DNA of 64,000 nucleotides. Source: a virus. This document shows positions 58,653 through 64,000 of this stretch, piece after piece. The notes beneath the pieces were generated by a model that was given only the letters and a program-made list of their open reading frames with translations, was not told where the DNA came from and searched no databases. How positions within the stretch are numbered: position 1 is the stretch's first letter; every line of letters begins with the position of its first letter. Made by a program: the position numbers and the translations under genes. The stretch is taken from positions 1-64,000 of IMG/VR virus record IMGVR_UViG_3300042883_000874; one strand, written 5' to 3'.

Positions 58653-61001
58653 ATGAGCTGTGTAAATCCCAATGATTCTTTATTTAAGATTTTACTTAAA
58701 AAAGTTAAAAATCCTTTATTAGCTGAGATTGAGTTTGATAAACAGTCTGAAGGTGAACCTGTAAATAAAGCTGAGGCTTCTTATGATAAAGCTCTTATTA
58801 AAAATGCTGGCAATGATGTATCTAAAATATTTGAAAACTATCTTGCTCAATTTGGTATCACTGTAAAAGATATCAATGAAGTAAAAGATAAGTTAAATAT
58901 TGATGAAGTAGGTTATGCTGACATTCTATCTAAGATTGCCTTTGTTAAAGACAGGAAAAACTTGCCAGAAATAGCTGGTGAATTCATTGCTTACATGATG
59001 AAACATAATGGTCTTGTAAAAGACATTATATTAGACTTTGCAAAGAATGATGCTAAACTAAAGATAAAAAAGAGTGCTATATACTATGTAGCATCAGGTT
59101 TAGGTAAAAGTGTTTTGGCTAAAAAAAATCCTAACAAGTTTGTTGATATGGATGATTTATTATTTAAAGCTGTTAAGAATATAACAGGTTTAGATATGAA
59201 TACTATGGATGCATCTATGGAGCTTAACAAAAATGAAGATGTTGGTAAAGAACTTGTAAAATTAATAGAAGCAGTAAGTGATACTAAAATTATATTAAGT
59301 CCTTTAAATGAGGCTAAAATTAAAAACTTAGGCTTAACATATAAGAAATTCTTTGTTCCTAGTGCAGAGAATATACCTAACATAATAAAAGGTATATCTG
59401 AAAGATCTACTAATCCTTATGATATTGATGAAGAGTTATATAATGAGTTGTATGTAGATAGAGTATCTAAAAATAAAAATGTTTTTCAAGTTAATAACTA
59501 TATTGAGAATGAGTTTGAAAATTTAAGTACTGATACTCAAAACTTAGAAGAATTCTTAGATAGAGGTGATTATGTTACTACTAATAATTATAGTGATTTA
59601 TTAAAAGATCAAGACTATTTTAAAAGAATAGGTATTCTAATTGCTAATGAACTACAAGGTAGATATGATATTTCAAATGATAAGTCATTAGTAAGTAAAA
59701 TCAAGAAGATTATTAGTAAGTTCTTTGGGTTATTTAAGAAATCTGATGTTACTACTATTAATAAAAACATTGGTATTATTGTAGATAATGTAGTTAAGCA
59801 AAATAAAAACTTTATTACAGCAAGTATATATAAACCAGGAGCTGAAGGTAAGATTACCAAACCTGTATCCATTAAACAAGCTTTATTAAAAGATGAGTTT
59901 GGTAAAAAAATTATATATAAGCTTTCACAAAAAGGTTTTATTCTTACAGGATCTACAGCTTTATCAGAACAGGGTACTATATTAAGACCAAATGAGAACC
60001 CTTTACATGATATTGATTGGGTAAGCCCTTTCTCTAGAGAAGAGACAGATAAAATTTTTAAAGAAGTGTATCCTGATGCTATTTTTGTCAGAGACATTCA
60101 AGATGTAAAAGGAGGCTATACTACTGATAGTTATTTAATAGCTCCAGAAGGTTATGAAATTAAAGGTTATGAGGCCAAAAAATATGGTGATAAAATTATT
60201 ATAGATTCTTATAGTGTTGTAGATAAAAAAACTGAGGAAACTGTAGGTACTTATGCTTTAGAGTTTGATGAGGTTAAGAATAAAATGGTTGAAAAGGAAA
60301 ATGGTGTAACTGGTAAAGTTATTGACTTTTTTAGCTATGAAGATTACCAAAAATCAAATAAAAATGAAGCCTTTGAATTTGTTACTTCTGATAAAGTTTC
60401 TATTAAATTAGCTAATTGGAAAGATATCTTTGCTGCTAAATTAAAATTTGCAAGATATAAAGACATATGGGATTATAACAGGTTTGTACCTAATGAGAAT
60501 ATTCAAGAGATAGATGAGGAGATAAATGATTATATTACTAAAAAAGTTATTAAAAACTTTGGAATAGCAATTCCTGGTAAAGATAGTGAGCCTCTTGTTC
60601 CTAAAGCAGAAACTGATAAGTTTAATAATGCTGTTATGATGAACAATAATATATTACCATCTGAGTTTTTTACAGGTATAAATAATGTTCATAATTGGAA
60701 ACTTAATAAGAAAAATCTATATAATTTAGTAGATAAAGACACTAAAGAAATATACTTAAGAGATGTAAACCTTAAAACAGGTTATATGGAAGAAGGAGAT
60801 GTTATAGTTACACCTATCAATGTTGCTGAACAAGCTGAGACAATAGATTCTGTAAACAATAGTATAGAAAAATATAGACTTGATGAAATTTTAGCTGAAA
60901 AAGGTTATGATGCAAATGATATTATTAGTAATTTAGAGGCTGCAACAACCCAAGAAGAATTAAATAAGATTATTAACAAATTATTAAAACTGATATGCTA
61001 G
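58653..61001 (+). CDS. Cargo protein with P-loop-like and nucleotidyltransferase-like domains
   Basis: 782 aa. ASGLGKS...FVDMDD and ILTGSTAL...HDIDW motifs. Cys only at residues 3 and 782. Confidence 0.65.
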   Translation: MSCVNPNDSLFKILLKKVKNPLLAEIEFDKQSEGEPVNKAEASYDKALIKNAGNDVSKIFENYLAQFGITVKDINEVKDKLNIDEVGYADILSKIAFVKDRKNLPEIAGEFIAYMMKHNGLVKDIILDFAKNDAKLKIKKSAIYYVASGLGKSVLAKKNPNKFVDMDDLLFKAVKNITGLDMNTMDASMELNKNEDVGKELVKLIEAVSDTKIILSPLNEAKIKNLGLTYKKFFVPSAENIPNIIKGISERSTNPYDIDEELYNELYVDRVSKNKNVFQVNNYIENEFENLSTDTQNLEEFLDRGDYVTTNNYSDLLKDQDYFKRIGILIANELQGRYDISNDKSLVSKIKKIISKFFGLFKKSDVTTINKNIGIIVDNVVKQNKNFITASIYKPGAEGKITKPVSIKQALLKDEFGKKIIYKLSQKGFILTGSTALSEQGTILRPNENPLHDIDWVSPFSREETDKIFKEVYPDAIFVRDIQDVKGGYTTDSYLIAPEGYEIKGYEAKKYGDKIIIDSYSVVDKKTEETVGTYALEFDEVKNKMVEKENGVTGKVIDFFSYEDYQKSNKNEAFEFVTSDKVSIKLANWKDIFAAKLKFARYKDIWDYNRFVPNENIQEIDEEINDYITKKVIKNFGIAIPGKDSEPLVPKAETDKFNNAVMMNNNILPSEFFTGINNVHNWKLNKKNLYNLVDKDTKEIYLRDVNLKTGYMEEGDVIVTPINVAEQAETIDSVNNSIEKYRLDEILAEKGYDANDIISNLEAATTQEELNKIINKLLKLIC

Positions 61002-64000
61002 CCTGCCCAATTGAATCAAGTGATGAGTGGAAAAAGACATTAGCTGATGCTAATGGTGATAGAGATGCTGCACTTATAGAATGGAGAAAACCTGATGGTT
61101 TTGGTTCAAAAGATGAGTTTAACTTAGAAGTTGATGGAGAAACTTTTGAAACAGAAAGACCTGGGCCAACAGAACCTTTAGAGCCTGAAGTAAAACCTGA
61201 TAAGTTTTCTAAATTAATAGATGATATTAAAGTATATCTTACTACACAATACACTATCTTAACTAAAAAGAAGATTGCTGATCAACCTGAAAAGCAAGCT
61301 AGATTGCAAAAGGTTATTGATGACTTTGCAGCTCTTGAAGGAGTTGAGTCTATAACAATGTTTATTGATGATGCTTATAAAAAATCCCAACTTGCTAAAG
61401 ATAGATTTGCTAAGATTATTGCTAATGAAAAGAACTTAACAAGTAGAGAATTAATGCAAGAGTTATCTGCTATTAATGAATTTGCTAATGGTTATTCTAT
61501 TCTTGATGAGATTAATAAACAAGATATTTTTGATTTCTTTAGTGAAAAGGTAGATCCTTCTATTCCAGAAGCACTACTTACTCCTGCTCAAAAACTTACA
61601 AGAGCTATTGAAATAAAAAATAATATAAATCAACAATTTGTTGAAATTGGTAGACCTTTAATAGCTGAGTTTTTATTAGATTATAAATCAGAAAATATTG
61701 GAGAAGATATAATGCCTGAAGTAACTAAACTTCAAGAACAAATTAAAGCTATTGAAAATGATAGTTCTAAAAATGAAGCTGAAAAACTTAAAGCTATAGA
61801 ACCTTTACAAAAAAGACTTGATAAGTTTCAATCTTTTGTTCTTGATAAAGACTCAATGATAGAGCTTTTAAAAGAAGCTAGTTCTGATGAGAGTGTACTT
61901 TCTTACTTAATTGATCCTTTAATTAGTTCTAAAGATGCTGCTTTAGGTTTATTTGCTAAAGCTATAAAGAGTCAACTTACTTATGCTAATGTAAAGAATG
62001 TTGAAACTAAAAATGAATGGGCTAAATACTTTTTAGATTATGCAGATTCTACTTCAATAAGCAGAAACAATGTAGCAGAATTTAATGAAGGTATTTATGA
62101 GTATGTAGAAGAAAGTTATACAGATAGTGTAACAGGAGAAATTGTTACTAAAAGAATTCCTCATTTTGTACAAAAATATGACATGACTGCTTATAATAAA
62201 GCAGCAAAAGCTGAACAAAAAAGAAGAGGTTTAGCTCCTGTTTTAAGTGCAAATCCTACAGAATATGAGCAAAAGAAACTTGATAAGTATAATGAAGGAC
62301 TTGGTAAATGGTATTCTGAAAATAAACAATCTAAACCTATTGAAGAGATAGAAGCTATTATTGCTAGTAAGAAAAAAGAACTAGAAAAAAACTTAATTAG
62401 TCAAAAAGAATATGATGACTGGTATAGTTCTAGAGTTTTTAAAACTAAAAATGGTACTATTCAATATAGGTGGGAAATGACTCAGCCATCAGAAAAGTAT
62501 CTTAATCCAAAATGGTCAGCTCTTTATGATATAAATGGTAAACCTATTGGAGAAAAAGGAAAACTACATCAGTTTTATTTAAAAACTTACTTTGAAGCTC
62601 AAGAACTTCTTCCTGAATCACAAAAATTAGGATACAGATTACCTGATGTTCCTAAAGAAGATTATGAAAGAGTTTTATCTAATGGTCTTATTGATACAGT
62701 TACTGAGAACTTTAAAGATGCTACACAAATTAGAGCTCAAGATTCACAACAATATGGTACAGCTAATGCATCAAACTTAGGTGTTAAGTTTATACCTGTT
62801 CATTATACTCAAAAAAGTTTAGCTCCTGAAGATATAAGTCTTGATTTAGGTAAATCTGTATTATTATTTAGTGCAATGTCTAATAGATTTCATGCTTTAA
62901 ATGAAGTAAATGCTGAGATATCTTTGTTTAAAACAGTTGTTGGAGCTAGAACTGTTGCTGAAACTAACAGCAAAGGAGAGCCTATAATGAATCAAATTGC
63001 TAATAAGCAAAACATTGTAAGATTTCTTAAAAAAAATGGAGAAAGTTATTCTCAAAAACATGTTGATGACTTTATTGATATGATTGTATATGGAGAAACA
63101 CAAGCAGCTGAAGAGTTATTTGGTTTATCTATGAGTAAAATTACAAATACAGCCAGTGGTATATCTGCAGTAACATCTCTTTCATTAGATGCATTAAAGG
63201 GTATGGCCAATAACTTACAAGGTAATATCCAAATGATTATTGAAGCTAACTCTGGACAGTTTTTTGCTAAGTCTAATTTAGCTAATGGTAAAGGTTTTTA
63301 TTGGAAATCTGTACCTTCTATGCTTGCTGACTTTGGTCAACCAACTCCTACTAGTTTATTAGGACAACTTGCTGAATTTTATGATGCCATACAAGGAGAA
63401 TTTATTGATCAGTATGGTAAAAAAGTAACAGGAACTGCAGCTTTAAGATTAATGAGTATAGATACTATATTCTTTAACCAATCTTTTGCTGAACATGAAA
63501 TTCAAGTATCAGGTATGTGTGCTTTAATGGATGCTACAATGGTTACTGATAAAAATACAGGAGAAGTAATAAGTCTTTTACAAGCTCATATTCTCTATGG
63601 AGCATATGGTGTTGCAGAAAATACTAACTTCTCTGAGAAAAAAAGACAAAACTTTCAAAATACTTTACATGCTTTAAATAAAAGAATGCATGGTGTCTAT
63701 AATGAGTTTGATAAAGGTACATCTCAAAAATATTCTGTAAGTAGATTAGCTATAATGTATAGAAAGCATTTAGTACCAGGATACCGTAGAAGATTTAATG
63801 ACTTAGCAATGGATCAAGAACTTGGTACATTTACTGAAGGTTACTATAGAACTTTTTGGGATTTATTTTTCAAAGATTTAGTAACTTTTAAATGGAACAT
63901 GATTGAAGGGTGGTCTACATATACTCCTTTTCAAAAAGCTCAGATGAAAAGAGTTATAGCTGAACTTGCAACAATTGTAACTACTACAGCTTTAATAGCA
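60995..64000 (+). CDS. Giant cargo protein, N-terminal part (runs off the window; absent from ORF track)
   Basis: ATG 60995 overlaps the previous stop. Starts MLACPIESSDEWKK. The same frame reads ...AELATIVTTTALIA at the window end (about 1002 codons). Confidence 0.85.
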   Translation, partial: MLACPIESSDEWKKTLADANGDRDAALIEWRKPDGFGSKDEFNLEVDGETFETERPGPTEPLEPEVKPDKFSKLIDDIKVYLTTQYTILTKKKIADQPEKQARLQKVIDDFAALEGVESITMFIDDAYKKSQLAKDRFAKIIANEKNLTSRELMQELSAINEFANGYSILDEINKQDIFDFFSEKVDPSIPEALLTPAQKLTRAIEIKNNINQQFVEIGRPLIAEFLLDYKSENIGEDIMPEVTKLQEQIKAIENDSSKNEAEKLKAIEPLQKRLDKFQSFVLDKDSMIELLKEASSDESVLSYLIDPLISSKDAALGLFAKAIKSQLTYANVKNVETKNEWAKYFLDYADSTSISRNNVAEFNEGIYEYVEESYTDSVTGEIVTKRIPHFVQKYDMTAYNKAAKAEQKRRGLAPVLSANPTEYEQKKLDKYNEGLGKWYSENKQSKPIEEIEAIIASKKKELEKNLISQKEYDDWYSSRVFKTKNGTIQYRWEMTQPSEKYLNPKWSALYDINGKPIGEKGKLHQFYLKTYFEAQELLPESQKLGYRLPDVPKEDYERVLSNGLIDTVTENFKDATQIRAQDSQQYGTANASNLGVKFIPVHYTQKSLAPEDISLDLGKSVLLFSAMSNRFHALNEVNAEISLFKTVVGARTVAETNSKGEPIMNQIANKQNIVRFLKKNGESYSQKHVDDFIDMIVYGETQAAEELFGLSMSKITNTASGISAVTSLSLDALKGMANNLQGNIQMIIEANSGQFFAKSNLANGKGFYWKSVPSMLADFGQPTPTSLLGQLAEFYDAIQGEFIDQYGKKVTGTAALRLMSIDTIFFNQSFAEHEIQVSGMCALMDATMVTDKNTGEVISLLQAHILYGAYGVAENTNFSEKKRQNFQNTLHALNKRMHGVYNEFDKGTSQKYSVSRLAIMYRKHLVPGYRRRFNDLAMDQELGTFTEGYYRTFWDLFFKDLVTFKWNMIEGWSTYTPFQKAQMKRVIAELATIVTTTALIA

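Noticed and set aside
47623-61006. Split inteins or protein ligation as the explanation for the terminal cysteines
   Set aside because: No Hint-domain blocks or terminal HN motif were seen. The N-terminal Cys are at positions 3-4 rather than 1, so disulfide or metal linkage is the simpler reading.
426-63103. Minus-strand ORFs and short out-of-frame plus-strand ORFs in the track
   Set aside because: All overlap long, coherent plus-strand genes or terminators and show no recognisable motifs. They are shadow ORFs.
1-64000. Stop-codon reassignment as in some crAss-like phages
   Set aside because: Genes are full length under the standard code, coding density is high, and TAG terminates several genes (portal, MCP, 782-aa protein).
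1-64000. CRISPR array, tRNA, rRNA, or diversity-generating retroelement
   Set aside because: No regularly spaced repeats, cloverleaf, rRNA-like stretch, reverse transcriptase or TR/VR pair seen. Intergenic gaps are short. No covariance-model scan was possible.

Overview
This AT-rich window is the all-plus-strand virion morphogenesis and ejected-protein region of a crAss-like (Crassvirales-related) podophage, most likely infecting a Bacteroidota host (TAnnTTTG-type promoters, A-rich leaders without Shine-Dalgarno sites, a lipoprotein gene). Gene order: terminase large subunit (partial), portal, acidic scaffold-like protein, major capsid protein, conserved head/neck genes, a cluster of tiny Lys-rich genes, two free-standing HNH endonucleases, a Dps/ferritin-like gene, a very Cys-rich fibre-like module, an IHF-like gene, ring/tubular and muzzle (stabilization) tail proteins, GG-motif cargo proteins, and giant cargo proteins including a 3673-aa virion RNA polymerase. 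Most family assignments rest on motifs and synteny, not on database searches. The strongest unexplained signal is in four consecutive, translationally coupled giant cargo proteins: the three complete ones (1823, 3673 and 782 aa) have cysteines only at their extreme ends, and the fourth begins with one, giving a head-to-tail pattern (..NLC*/MVC..ECY*/MSC..LIC*/MLAC..) that suggests a disulfide-linked ejection chain. Other leads: a recurrent [YFMAK]xxGG motif in internal proteins, a terminator-capped hairpin whose loop is complementary to an AAACCAAC motif at three start codons, repeat-delimited domain cassettes, an HNH gene that duplicated its neighbour's first 8 codons, and strong CpG depletion.
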